From contig CBDCVR010000014.1 in the NCBI GenBank assembly GCA_965223155.1, forward strand, positions 384,001 to 448,000: a stretch of 64,000 nucleotides of DNA, written 5' to 3'. Positions 32,470-42,561 of this stretch are shown here, in pieces (within the stretch, counting starts at the first letter, position 1; each line of letters starts with the position of its first letter). The notes beneath the pieces were generated by a model that had not been told where the DNA came from, ran no database searches, and saw only the letters and a program-made list of their open reading frames with translations. The position numbers and the translations under genes were made by a program. This DNA comes from Candidatus Multivoradales bacterium. GTDB lineage: Bacteria; Acidobacteriota; Thermoanaerobaculia; Multivoradales; JAHEKO01.

Positions 32470-33335
32470 CTACCGGGGTTTCCACCAAATCGCATACGCG
32501 AAAGCCGGCTCTGGGTCTTCGACCCTGAGGACGGCCGTCCTCTTGCTTTCTTCCGTGGCAAAGCTGTCCTGGATGAGCTTCCGCTCGGCCTCGACCTGGC
32601 TTTCAGACTTGCGGTGAAAGACGGCGCAGTCTACGAACCACTGTTCTAGGACTCGATCATAAGGCGAAGCTTGTCAACAGGGTAGTCGACGCCCACCGCC
32701 AAGTACTCGTGTGGAAACGGATCGTTCCTGTAGCTGTTGTATTGCTCCCGGGTGAGGGCTACGGAGTCACGAGCTCCGAGCACAAGAGAGAAGTCCAGCG
32801 GGGCCTCGCCGTACGCCAGCCCGCCCTGATCGATGGTGATGTCGTAGAGAAGCCGGTTGGAGGAGTCCGCATTGAAGTCTCCTTTTACGTCTATCCCCAG
32901 CGTCTTCCTGTGCTTGGGAACGGTCGCAAACCTGGGCACATCCTTGAAGCAGCCCCGCCCGGAAGGGCCACTAATCGTGTGTTCTTGGCGAATCCTTTCA
33001 ACTCGTTCGCCCTTATTCACGACCTTGAATCCAGACCAGCTGCTTATACGTTCTGTTGAGCAGTCGCCGTTAACTCGGTAGCTCACTTCGAGTTCGTGGC
33101 CGACAGCGCCAAACCTCTCGCCCCGCGAGAGCGATTCGTGCGTCTGTTTGTTCGCCTCTCCTTCGCTTCTCTTGGGCTCCCTCCCAACACTGTCGGCTCC
33201 ATTCCTAGCCGCAGCTTGTTTCTTGATCTTCGTGTCGATCTTTGTCTTCTTCTTGGTCTTCTTTTGGGCCTGCCACAACGCAACTGCGATAGTGGCTGCC
33301 GCCGTGATGACTGCTGCAATGATCGCTGGATCCAT
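32470..33335 (-). pseudogene. Membrane-anchored hypothetical protein, apparently frameshifted near 32650
   Basis: N-terminal TM and Lys-rich linker. The ORF stops at ...LRLMIES, but a shifted frame continues LEQWFVDCAVF...AVLRVEDPEPAFAYAIWWKPR to TAG at 32470. Codon usage looks atypical by eye. Confidence 0.55.
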
Positions 33336-33505
33336 TTCCCACTCCTTGAGTCAGCCTACTCGGCAGTTGACTCGGCCATGAATTCCTCCTCCACGAGAAA
33401 GCGTCGATGACAATTGTAGCCCACGCGTGGCTGCCCTCTAGCCTTCCAATACTTGGCCCGCCCTCCCGGCAGCAGTGGACCATCCCCAGAAGACAGCTGC
33501 ATCCG

Positions 33506-33552
33506 TTGACGGGACCGCCGTCTTTCGTTAGATTTGAACGATGGTTCAAATC
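33506..33552 (+). promoter_or_regulatory. Sigma70-type promoter with overlapping palindromic operator
   Basis: TTGACG (33506), 17 bp, TAGATT (33529). Perfect inverted repeat gatttgaac-gatg-gttcaaatc at 33531-33552. Confidence 0.7.
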
Positions 33553-34191
33553 GCTGCTGAGGCCGGCCTCCGAACCAGTTGCGTGGATGGCCCCCGCGCC
33601 CAGGACCGCCGCCGGGAGATTCTGCGCGCCGCGGCCAGGGTCTTCCGAAGCAGGGGCCTTCACGCCGCCGGCATGCGCGACATCGCGGCCGAAGCCGGCA
33701 TGCACGCCGGCAACCTGTACTACTACTTCCAGAGCAAGGAAGAACTCCTGGCCTATTGCCAGCGCGACGCCCTGGACGGCCTCGCCGAGTTGGTCGCCGA
33801 GGTGCGCGCCTCGGGGGCGCCGCCCGACGAACGGCTCCGAACCCTGATCGCCGGCCATGTCGAGCTTCTGAACGAGCGCACCCCCGGCTCGCTCGCCCAC
33901 CTCGAGGTCGAAGCCCTCTCCGAAGAGTGGCGCTCCGAGCTTCAGGCCCGCCGGGATCGATACGAACGTTCGATCCGAACGCTGGTCCGCGAGGCGATCG
34001 ACAGCGGCGCCTTCCGGCAGGTTGATCCGGCGGCGGCCGCCCTCGCAATCCTGGGCGCGGCCAACTGGACGGTCAAATGGTTCCGCGACTCGGGCTCGAA
34101 GTCGGCGCGCGAGGTGGGCCTGGAGTTCGCGGATCTCCTGGTCGGCGGCCTGGCCTCCGACACAGGAAACCTCGTGGAGGCCAAGCGATGA
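33541..34191 (+). CDS. TetR family regulator (KstR2/PaaR-like), probably leaderless
   Basis: HTH MRDIAAEAGMHAGNLYYYFQSKE and C-terminal NWTVKWF. Confidence 0.9.
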   Translation: MVQIAAEAGLRTSCVDGPRAQDRRREILRAAARVFRSRGLHAAGMRDIAAEAGMHAGNLYYYFQSKEELLAYCQRDALDGLAELVAEVRASGAPPDERLRTLIAGHVELLNERTPGSLAHLEVEALSEEWRSELQARRDRYERSIRTLVREAIDSGAFRQVDPAAAALAILGAANWTVKWFRDSGSKSAREVGLEFADLLVGGLASDTGNLVEAKR

Positions 34192-34784
34192 GCGCCACCG
34201 GCGGGATCACGAGAACCCTTGACCTCGAGATCAACGGCGAGCGCCGGACGGTCGCCTTTCCCGTCCATCACACTCTGCTGGAAGTGCTGCGCGAAGAGTG
34301 CGCCCTGACCGGCACCAAGCACGGCTGCGAGCTGGGCGAGTGCGGCGCTTGCGCCGTACTGGTGGACGGCAAGCCGGTGCTGTCGTGCCTGGTACTGGCT
34401 GCCGACATGGAGGGAAAGCGAATCGAGACCATCGAAGGCATGGCCGACGGACCCGAGCTGGATCCGCTCCAAGCCGCTCTCGCCGACCTGGGCGCGGCCC
34501 AGTGCGGCTACTGCACGCCCGGTATCTTGCTCACCTCCAAGGCGCTCCTGGCCGAACATCCCCGACCCGACCGGCGCCAGGTCGAGGAGGCCCTGGCCGG
34601 CAACCTGTGCCGCTGCACCGGGTACCACAAGATCGTCGAGGGCGTCTTGGTGGCCGCGGACCCCAAGCTTAGCGCGAGTCTCGAAGACGCCGAGGCCCGG
34701 CCGGAGATCCTCTACGGCGCCGCCGAGCCGGCCGCCGAGCTGCCCGGCGATCCGGGCGCCGACCCGAAGCCCCGGAGACCCTGA
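34188..34784 (+). CDS. Xanthine dehydrogenase family 2Fe-2S subunit (HcrC-like)
   Basis: GCELGECGAC...SC, QCGYCTPG, NLCRCTGY. Confidence 0.92.
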   Translation: MSATGGITRTLDLEINGERRTVAFPVHHTLLEVLREECALTGTKHGCELGECGACAVLVDGKPVLSCLVLAADMEGKRIETIEGMADGPELDPLQAALADLGAAQCGYCTPGILLTSKALLAEHPRPDRRQVEEALAGNLCRCTGYHKIVEGVLVAADPKLSASLEDAEARPEILYGAAEPAAELPGDPGADPKPRRP

Positions 34785-34786
34785 CC

Positions 34787-37357
34787 GTGGCCGAGCCGAT
34801 CCAGACGCCGCCGGACGACCTCCCTTCCGAGGAGGCGGCCCGGGACCGCGAGACGCTCCACGTCGGCCGGCCCTTCCGCAGGGTGGACGGTCACGCCAAG
34901 GTCACCGGCCGCACCCAATTCGCCGACGACTTGTCCTTCCCGCGCATGGCCTACATGCGGCTGGTGCGCTCGACCGTGCCCCACGCCCGGATCCGGTCCA
35001 TCGACTTCACCGGCGCCCGCGAGATCGACGGCTTTCTCGGCTGCCTCACCGGCGAGGACACGCCCAACTCGTTCGGCATCCTGCCGGTCTCAGAGGACGA
35101 GCACGCGCTTTGCCAGGGAATCGCGCGCATGGTCGGAGACCCGGTCGCCGCGGTCGCCGCGGCAACCGAGGACGCCGCGATCGAAGCGGCCCTGGCGGTC
35201 GAGGTCGACTACGAAGCGCTGACCACGATCTCCGGCATCGAGGAGGCCCTGGCGACGCCGGAGCCCAGAATTCACGACTACAGCCGGGAGGGCGGCAACG
35301 TCCACAAGCGGGTCTCGCTCGAGTTTGGCCCGATGGCGGAGGCCTTGGACGGCGCCGACCTCGTCCTGGAAGACACGTTCTTCTATGAGGGCAACACCCA
35401 CCTTCCGATGGAGCAGCACGCCGCGGTGGCGGTGCCGGAAGAGGCCGGCCGGATCACACTCTATTCCTCGACCCAGACACCGCACTACGTACACCGCGCG
35501 CTGGCCAAGGTGCTGGCGATTCCGCCCTCCCGCATCCGAGTCGTGGCGTGCCCCAACGGCGGCGGCTTCGGCGGCAAGAGCGATCCCTTCCCCCACGAGA
35601 TGGCGGTGGCGATCATGGCCCTGCGGCTGGGCCGGCCGGTCAAGATCACGCTCACCCGGGAGGAGGTCTTCTACTGCCACCGCGGGCGCCATCCCGTGCT
35701 GATGGCGCTCGAGACCGGATTCGACGAGGACGGGACCATCCGCGGACAGCATCTGCGGACCGCCCTCGACGGCGGCTCCTACGGCAGCTACGGAGTCGCC
35801 TCGACCTACTACACCGGGGCGCTCCAGACGGTCACCTACAAACTGCCCGCCTACCGCTTCGACGGCATCCGCGTCTACACCAACAAGCCGCCGTGCGGGC
35901 CCAAGCGCGGGCACGGCACGCCTCAGCCCCGCTTCGGCTGGGAGGTCCAGCTCGACAAGGCGGCGCACGCCCTCGGCATCGACCCGGCCGAGCTGCGGCT
36001 TCGCAACCTGGAGGATCCAGGCACGATCACGGCCAACTGGCTCGAGCTCGGCACCATCCAACTGGAGCGCTGCATCCGGGCGGTAGTTTCCGGCAGCAAT
36101 TGGTACGAGCGCTACGGCAAGCTGCCCGAGGGACGGGGTCTGGGGCTTGCCTGCGGCGCCTATCTGTGTGGCGCGGGCCTGCCCATCTACTGGAATCACA
36201 TGCCGCAATCCGGCGTCCAGATCCTCCTCGACCGTTCCGGGTCGGTCGCGGTCTACTGCGGCGAGGCCGAGATCGGACAGGGCTCGGATTCGGTGCTGGC
36301 CGCGCTCGTGGCCGAGGTTCTGGGCGTGGAGCTGGGCGATGTCCGGCTGTGCGTGGGCGACACCGGCTTTACACCCGTGGACCTGGGCAGCTACTCCTCG
36401 CGGGTGACTCTGATGATGGGCAATGCCGCGATCGAAGCCGCCGAAAGTCTGCGCGAGCGGCTGGCCCGAGCCGTGGCCGAGGATCTCGACATCCCGGCCG
36501 AGCACCTGACCTTTGCCGGCAACCAGGTGTTCGACAGCGCCGAACCGGAGCGCGGCATCGGCTTCCGGGAGGCCTGCATCCTGGCCGAGGCGCGCTTCGG
36601 CACCCTGTCTTCGGTGGGCTCCTACACGCCGCCACGCTCGCCCGGGCGCTACCGGGGCGCCGGCGTCGGACCCTCCCCGACCTATTCGTACACGGCGGCG
36701 GTCCTCGAAGTCGAGGTGGACCCCGCAACCGGCCTCTACCGGCCCATCCACGTCTGGGTAGCGCACGACATCGGCCGGTCGCTCAACCCGGTGATGGTGC
36801 TGGGCCAGGTCGAGGGCTCGGTCTACATGGCCCTGGGCGAAGCGATGATGGAAGAGCAGGTCTTCCGGCGCCTGCCTCCCAAGCGCTCTGACGCCCTCGT
36901 CCACCGCAATCCGTCACTCCTTGAATACAAGAGCCCGACGTTCGTGGACATGCCTCCGGTCACCAGCTATCTGATCGAAGAACCGGACGCCAAGGGTCCC
37001 TTTGGCGCCAAGGAGGTGGGCCAGGGTCCGCTGTTGCCGATCCTGCCGGCGCTCGCCAACGCCATTTTCGACGCCGTTGGCGTGCGGATCGACCAGGTGC
37101 CGATCCAGCCGCACATGATCCTGCGCGCCCTGGCCTCGAAAGACCGCGGTCAGCCCGCCCGCTTCGGCCCCTCGGGCTTTCCGCTTTGCGACTTCGGGGA
37201 GACGCTAATCGTGCCGACTCCCGCCCAAGGCGGCGATGGCCGGGCCACCAACGACGCCAAGAGCAAGCTCCGCTCTTCAGGCCTGCGTGCCGCCACCGGC
37301 ACCATGAGTGAACGTGACGAGGCGCTGAAACAGCACGGCCCCCTAACTACCGAATAG
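34787..37357 (+). CDS. Xanthine dehydrogenase family molybdopterin subunit (4-hydroxybenzoyl-CoA reductase alpha-like)
   Basis: GGGFGGK, RGHG, EIGQG, GSYSSR, GQVEG, GPFGAKE motifs. Confidence 0.85.
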   Translation: MAEPIQTPPDDLPSEEAARDRETLHVGRPFRRVDGHAKVTGRTQFADDLSFPRMAYMRLVRSTVPHARIRSIDFTGAREIDGFLGCLTGEDTPNSFGILPVSEDEHALCQGIARMVGDPVAAVAAATEDAAIEAALAVEVDYEALTTISGIEEALATPEPRIHDYSREGGNVHKRVSLEFGPMAEALDGADLVLEDTFFYEGNTHLPMEQHAAVAVPEEAGRITLYSSTQTPHYVHRALAKVLAIPPSRIRVVACPNGGGFGGKSDPFPHEMAVAIMALRLGRPVKITLTREEVFYCHRGRHPVLMALETGFDEDGTIRGQHLRTALDGGSYGSYGVASTYYTGALQTVTYKLPAYRFDGIRVYTNKPPCGPKRGHGTPQPRFGWEVQLDKAAHALGIDPAELRLRNLEDPGTITANWLELGTIQLERCIRAVVSGSNWYERYGKLPEGRGLGLACGAYLCGAGLPIYWNHMPQSGVQILLDRSGSVAVYCGEAEIGQGSDSVLAALVAEVLGVELGDVRLCVGDTGFTPVDLGSYSSRVTLMMGNAAIEAAESLRERLARAVAEDLDIPAEHLTFAGNQVFDSAEPERGIGFREACILAEARFGTLSSVGSYTPPRSPGRYRGAGVGPSPTYSYTAAVLEVEVDPATGLYRPIHVWVAHDIGRSLNPVMVLGQVEGSVYMALGEAMMEEQVFRRLPPKRSDALVHRNPSLLEYKSPTFVDMPPVTSYLIEEPDAKGPFGAKEVGQGPLLPILPALANAIFDAVGVRIDQVPIQPHMILRALASKDRGQPARFGPSGFPLCDFGETLIVPTPAQGGDGRATNDAKSKLRSSGLRAATGTMSERDEALKQHGPLTTE

Positions 37358-37381
37358 CTATCGACCGACGGCCAACCGATC

Positions 37382-38371
37382 ATGCTGCGCCTACCCTCCT
37401 TTCGCTATCACCAGCCGGCTTCACTCGACGAAGCGCTCTCTCTCCTGGCGGCTTCGGGACCATCGACACGCGTGGTCGCGGGCGGCACCGATCTCTGGCC
37501 CAACATGAAACGGCGCCACCAGTCGGCCGAGACCGTGATCTCGCTGATGCAGATTCCCGAGCTCGCCGGCATCCAAGTGCGCGACGACGCCTATGTCGTC
37601 GGCGCCACGACTCTGCTCGACGACCTGACCCGATCCGAGCTCGTCCGCCGCGAGCTGCCGGCGCTGGCCGAAGCCGCCGAAGCGGTCTCCTCGCCGCCGC
37701 TCCGCAACATGGCCACCCTAGGCGGCAACCTGTGCGTCGATACGCGCTGCACCTACTACAACCAGACCGAGGAATGGCGGCGCTCGATCGACTACTGCAT
37801 GAAGGAGGCGGGCACCGTCTGCTGGGTGGCTCCCGGCTCCTCGGTGTGCTGGGCGCACTCGGCCTCGGACACCGCCCCAATGCTGGCGGCTCTGGGCGCT
37901 CGGGTGGTCCTGCGCTCGGCCCAAGGCGACCGCACCGTGGCAATCGACGAGCTCTTCCGCAACGATGGCATTCGCTATCTGGCGATCCAGCCGGGAGAGG
38001 TGCTGACCGCAGTCGAGATTTCCCGCTCGAGCGCCGCCAACCACTGCCGCACGGTTTTTCGCAAGCTCCGGCGCCGTGGCTCGATCGACTTCGCGGTGCT
38101 GACCGTGGCGGCCGCGGTCTGGCCCTCGACCGGGTCGGAGGTCGAGCGGGCGCGGCTGGTGCTGGGCTCGGTCGCCTCGCGTCCGCTGAGGGTCCCCGAC
38201 GCGGAAGCGGCGATCCAGGAAGGAGGCCTAGCCGCCGAGTCCATCGAAGCCGCGGCAAAGGCCGCGCGGCGGGCCGCGACTCCGATGGACAACACCGACT
38301 TCAAGACGCAGTGGCGCGGCCTCATGGCCGAGCGCTGGACGCGGGCCGCGCTCGAGGAACTCGCTGAGTAG
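37382..38371 (+). CDS. FAD-binding subunit with 4Fe-4S insertion (HcrB-like)
   Basis: AGGTDL, RNMATLGGNLC and Cys-rich insert RCTYYNQ...YCMK...VC...VC. Confidence 0.88.
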   Translation: MLRLPSFRYHQPASLDEALSLLAASGPSTRVVAGGTDLWPNMKRRHQSAETVISLMQIPELAGIQVRDDAYVVGATTLLDDLTRSELVRRELPALAEAAEAVSSPPLRNMATLGGNLCVDTRCTYYNQTEEWRRSIDYCMKEAGTVCWVAPGSSVCWAHSASDTAPMLAALGARVVLRSAQGDRTVAIDELFRNDGIRYLAIQPGEVLTAVEISRSSAANHCRTVFRKLRRRGSIDFAVLTVAAAVWPSTGSEVERARLVLGSVASRPLRVPDAEAAIQEGGLAAESIEAAAKAARRAATPMDNTDFKTQWRGLMAERWTRAALEELAE

Positions 38372-38491
38372 GGGCGGTGCCGGATCCCGCGCCCGGCGCC
38401 TTGCCGGTGCGGAGCCCACTTCAGCCCGTCCCGCAACGATGCAGCAACGACCTATTCAGGCTATGATCCCCGCTTCGCGAGGCTCGATCCG

Positions 38492-39556
38492 ATGACCTAT
38501 CCCGAACGCAACGGCAAGAAGGCGCTGATCACTGGCGTGACCGGACAGGACGGGTCCTACCTGGCCGAGTTCCTGCTCGCCAAGGGCTACGACGTCTGGG
38601 GCATCGTGCGCCGGTCCTCATCGCTCAACACCTCGCGCATCGACCACCTCTACGAGGATCCCCAGGCCAGCGACGTGCGGTTCCGGCTGGTGTTCGGTGA
38701 CTTGAATGACGCCTCGTCGCTCAACCAGATCCTGAAGACCGTTCGACCGGACGAGATCTACAACCTGGGCGCCCAATCCCACGTCAAGGTCTCGTTCGAC
38801 ATCCCGGAATACACCGCCGAGGTAACCGGCGTGGGCGTGGTGCGGCTGTTGGAAGGCATGCGCGAGCTGGATCTCAAGGCGCGCTTCTATCAAGCCTCCT
38901 CCTCGGAGATGTTCGGCAAAGTCGCCGAGACGCCCCAGAATGAGACCACGCCGTTTCACCCGCAGAGCCCGTACGCGGCCGCCAAGGTCTTCGCCTACCA
39001 CATCGTGCGGAACTATCGGGAAGCCTACGGCATGTTCGGGGTCAACGGCATACTCTTCAACCACGAGTCGCCCCGACGAGGCGAAACGTTCGTGACCCGG
39101 AAGATCACCCTGGCGGCCGCCAACATCAAGCACGGCAGCCAGGACTGCCTCTACCTGGGCAATCTGGACGCCAAGCGCGATTGGGGCTTCGCCGGCGACT
39201 ACGTCGACGCTATGTGGCGCATGCTCCAGTGCGACGAGCCTCGGGACTTCGTCGTCGCCACCGGCGAGACCCATACCGTACGCGAGTTCTGTGAGAAGGC
39301 CTTCGCCCGCGTCGACCTGCCGCTCAACTGGGAGGGCGAGGGGCTGCACGAGCGCGGTATCGACCCGGAGGGCCGGACCCTTGTGCAGATCGATCCCCGC
39401 TACTTCCGTCCAGCCGAAGTGGACCTGCTGCTCGGCGACGCGAGCCTCGCCCACGAGGTCCTGGAGTGGTCCCCGCAGGTGACCTTCGAGGGACTGGTCA
39501 ACCTGATGGTTGACGCCGATCTTGAGCTGGTCCAGTCAACGGCCGGCAGCGGCTAG
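38492..39556 (+). CDS. gmd: GDP-mannose 4,6-dehydratase
   Basis: [37 protein letters not shown]. Confidence 0.97.
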   Translation: MTYPERNGKKALITGVTGQDGSYLAEFLLAKGYDVWGIVRRSSSLNTSRIDHLYEDPQASDVRFRLVFGDLNDASSLNQILKTVRPDEIYNLGAQSHVKVSFDIPEYTAEVTGVGVVRLLEGMRELDLKARFYQASSSEMFGKVAETPQNETTPFHPQSPYAAAKVFAYHIVRNYREAYGMFGVNGILFNHESPRRGETFVTRKITLAAANIKHGSQDCLYLGNLDAKRDWGFAGDYVDAMWRMLQCDEPRDFVVATGETHTVREFCEKAFARVDLPLNWEGEGLHERGIDPEGRTLVQIDPRYFRPAEVDLLLGDASLAHEVLEWSPQVTFEGLVNLMVDADLELVQSTAGSG

Positions 39557-39625
39557 GCCGACTGAAGACGTTCCGCGCCGCGAGAGACCGAGCGCTCGCA
39601 CGGAAGCAGCGGCCGCGTCCGACCG

Positions 39626-40108
39626 CTACTCCCCTGCCCGGAAGATCCAGCCCGGCGCCTTCTCGATGCTCTGGCGCAGGTGCAGGTTCAACTGTGCGGC
39701 GCCGTGTTGCACGTGGCGCAGGTTGTAGAGATGGAGCTCGCCGATGGTCAAGCCTAGCCGGTCGAAGCCGCAGGGTGACGCGGCATGCCGGTCGGTGATG
39801 TCGCCTACGGTGCTGCGACATTTCTCCCGACAATGCGCGAGATAGGCCAGCAACTCGTCCCGGCTGTACATACGCTCGGGCAGCACACCCTCGGGATCCA
39901 GCTCGCCCAGCGTGAAAGGGTGCGGAGGTTCGAAAGCGTCGGGCCTCTCGGACAGATAGCAGTCCAACCAGAAGAGCGTGTGATAGGCCAGGTACCAGAC
40001 CTCTTGGCGCCGCCAAACGTCGTCCGGGAACAGCTCGATAGCGGCCTTCAAGGCATCAATCGCAGCCCCGAACTGGCTCCAGAGAGTTCTGCCCCACTGG
40101 GTGGTCAT
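39626..40108 (-). CDS. DinB family protein
   Basis: WYLAYH and NLRHVQHG metal-binding His pattern. Confidence 0.8.
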   Translation of the reverse strand: MTTQWGRTLWSQFGAAIDALKAAIELFPDDVWRRQEVWYLAYHTLFWLDCYLSERPDAFEPPHPFTLGELDPEGVLPERMYSRDELLAYLAHCREKCRSTVGDITDRHAASPCGFDRLGLTIGELHLYNLRHVQHGAAQLNLHLRQSIEKAPGWIFRAGE

Positions 40109-40171
40109 CCTATTCGCCGAAACTCCGTTCCATCCGTTGGATGCTGCCGCGATCGGGTGGGCGCGGACAGG

Positions 40172-40846
40172 CTAGCGCGGGCGCCCTGAGACCATGAGCT
40201 CGTCGCGCCCGGCCTCGACCCGCTCGACCAAAATTCCCTCGACCTCGAAGACCAGCTCCGAGGCGATCCCGTCGGTCGAAACTCCCAGCCTCTCCCCCAT
40301 GTCGTCGAGCGGTAGGGAAAGGAAACCGACCTTCATCTCCGGGTCTCCGCCCAGGGCCACCTCCCCGTCGCGGGCCTCGGGCGTGCCGGCAACAGCCACA
40401 TAGAGGTCTCGCCCCCGAAGGAACGGCAGCATGTCGAGCACGCGCTCGACCGCGCGCCGGTCGTCTTCCGGCAGGTCGCTCGCCTCGACCGCCGCCAAAT
40501 CTAGCGTCAGGCCCACTTCCAGAGAATCGGGCTCGACGTCCACGTCCACCGAGCGGGAGATCTCCAGAACCTGGCGGCCCCGCTCGTGCCTGGAAGCGGC
40601 GACGACGAACAGCGCCTCGAGCTCCTCCTCGGTAAGCCGCTGCTCGATCGCCGCCCCGGCGTCGCGCCCGGCCTCCCGTACGCGCTCGTCCAGCTCCTCG
40701 ACCAGCTCGCGGGCGCTCTCGAAATCCACGACCTCGCCGCCGTCGCGACCCGAGCCCCCCGACCCGGACGCGCGCCAGAGCAGAAAGCCCAGCGTAGCCA
40801 CGACTCCGATCAGGAACACGATGACGCAGGCAAGACAGGTCTTCAT
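40172..40846 (-). CDS. Hypothetical membrane-anchored protein
   Basis: N-terminal TM followed by an acidic soluble domain. Confidence 0.65.
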   Translation of the reverse strand: MKTCLACVIVFLIGVVATLGFLLWRASGSGGSGRDGGEVVDFESARELVEELDERVREAGRDAGAAIEQRLTEEELEALFVVAASRHERGRQVLEISRSVDVDVEPDSLEVGLTLDLAAVEASDLPEDDRRAVERVLDMLPFLRGRDLYVAVAGTPEARDGEVALGGDPEMKVGFLSLPLDDMGERLGVSTDGIASELVFEVEGILVERVEAGRDELMVSGRPR

Positions 40847-40863
40847 GGGGCTAGAATCCTACC

Positions 40864-41772
40864 GTGTCCGCCACCACCAACTCGCCCGCACCGGCCTTGC
40901 GCCATCTGGTCGCCTGCGCGGCCTGTCACCGCCAGTACGAAGCCGGCGGTCTGGAGCCGGGAGACAGGTTCCATTGCTCGTGCGGGCACGTGATCGAGGT
41001 CCAAACGCCCAGGCCGCACGAGTCGGCCGTCGTTCGCTGCTCCGCCTGCGGCGGTCCTCGCCTGGAGGGAGCCGCGAGCTGCCGCTTCTGCAATTCGGAC
41101 TTCACGCTGCACGAGCGCGACCTCGACACGATCTGTCCGGGTTGCGCGACCCGCATCAGCCGCCGAGCCCGCTTCTGCCATGCCTGTGCGCTGCCGATCG
41201 ACCCCCACCCAACCGGAGCCGAGCCTTCGGGCCAAGCCTGTCCCGCTTGCGCGGCGGACTCCGAGCTGGTCAGCCGGCCCCTCGGCGGCGAGATTCTGAC
41301 GGTTCTAGAATGTCCGCAGTGCGCCGGCCTCTGGCTGGGAACGGAGTCCTTTCGGCTGCTTGAGGATCGCGCCAAGGAACGAAGTCCTGGCTGGATGCCC
41401 GCTCCGCCGCCCGCCGCCGAATCGGCCGAAGCCACCGGAGGCACCGAAGGCCGTATGTACCGGCCCTGTCCGGCCTGCGGCAAGCTCATGCACCGAAGAA
41501 ACTACGGCAAGCGCAGCGGCACGATCTTGGACGTTTGCGCCGAACACGGCTTGTGGTTCGACGCCGGCGAGCTCGAGCACGTCCTGCGCTGGATTCGGGA
41601 CGGCGGCTTGGCGCGCTCTCAGCAGCGGGACGCCGAGGACGCCGCCCAGGCCGTACGCAAGGCCGCGACCGCCGGCCTGCCGCCGGTCACGCGGCCATCG
41701 GGCTCGGCCCTCGGAGGATTTCTGGAGCTGATCCTGGACTGGATCGCCCGAACCCGCCCCGGCTCGAGTTAG
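40864..41772 (+). CDS. Multi zinc-ribbon protein (zf-TFIIB-like)
   Basis: About ten CxxC/CxC/CxxH motifs, including CPQCAGLWL and CAEHGLWFDAGEL. Confidence 0.8.
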   Translation: MSATTNSPAPALRHLVACAACHRQYEAGGLEPGDRFHCSCGHVIEVQTPRPHESAVVRCSACGGPRLEGAASCRFCNSDFTLHERDLDTICPGCATRISRRARFCHACALPIDPHPTGAEPSGQACPACAADSELVSRPLGGEILTVLECPQCAGLWLGTESFRLLEDRAKERSPGWMPAPPPAAESAEATGGTEGRMYRPCPACGKLMHRRNYGKRSGTILDVCAEHGLWFDAGELEHVLRWIRDGGLARSQQRDAEDAAQAVRKAATAGLPPVTRPSGSALGGFLELILDWIARTRPGSS

Positions 41773-42446
41773 CCTTCCGCAGAAGCCGGGCTCTCCGCGA
41801 CTTCCTCGGCAGGAACCTCGTCAGCGGATTCCTGAGTGGCGCCGCCGTCTGCCGCGGAGCCTTTTTCGTCCTCGATCTCCTCTTCGAGCGGCCTCTGTTT
41901 CTCGGGAGGCAGGGGCGCCAGTACCATGATCATGCGCCTGGACTCGAGCTTGCTCCGGGATTCCACCACGCCCAGGCCCTCGACTTCCCTGGTCAGCTTG
42001 TCCAGGATCTCGGCACCCAGCTCCGGACGCCGGAGCTGCCGGTAGCGGAAGAACACCGTCACCTTGACCTTCTTGCCCTTGCGCAAGAACTGCTTGGCGC
42101 GGTCGGTCTTGCGCTCCATGTCGTGCTTGTCGATGTTGGGCCGGTACTTGACCTCTTTGACCTCGATGGTGTGGGTCTTCTTGCGAGCCTCGCGGGCCTG
42201 CTTCTCACGCTCGTACTTGAGCTTGCCGTAGTCCAGGATCCGGACCACGGGCGGATCGGCATTGGCGCCGACTTCGACGAGATCCAGCCCCGCTTCCTCG
42301 GCCTTGCGCCGAGCCTCTTCGACCGGCACCACGCCGATCTGCGTGCCATCTTGATCGATCAGTCGCACCGGGCTCTTGCGGATGGCATCGTTGACCCGTG
42401 TGCGATCCACGGGTCTGCGCGGTGGTCGATAAAATCTCCTAGGTAT
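41769..42446 (-). CDS. infC: Translation initiation factor IF-3 with non-canonical ATA start
   Basis: RVNDAI, DLVEV, PPVVRILDYGK, EVKEVK motifs. AAAGGAG RBS lies 7 nt before an in-frame ATA at 42446. Confidence 0.92.
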   Translation of the reverse strand: MPRRFYRPPRRPVDRTRVNDAIRKSPVRLIDQDGTQIGVVPVEEARRKAEEAGLDLVEVGANADPPVVRILDYGKLKYEREKQAREARKKTHTIEVKEVKYRPNIDKHDMERKTDRAKQFLRKGKKVKVTVFFRYRQLRRPELGAEILDKLTREVEGLGVVESRSKLESRRMIMVLAPLPPEKQRPLEEEIEDEKGSAADGGATQESADEVPAEEVAESPASAEG

Positions 42447-42561
42447 TTTCGGGCTCCTTTCGGGCGCTCGGACGAACGGACGGGCTCAGGGTGCTCACGG
42501 AACCGGCTTCCTAACCGGACCGGGCACGGGCCCCGGCAGCCGGAGCGCGATGAAAACGGTT

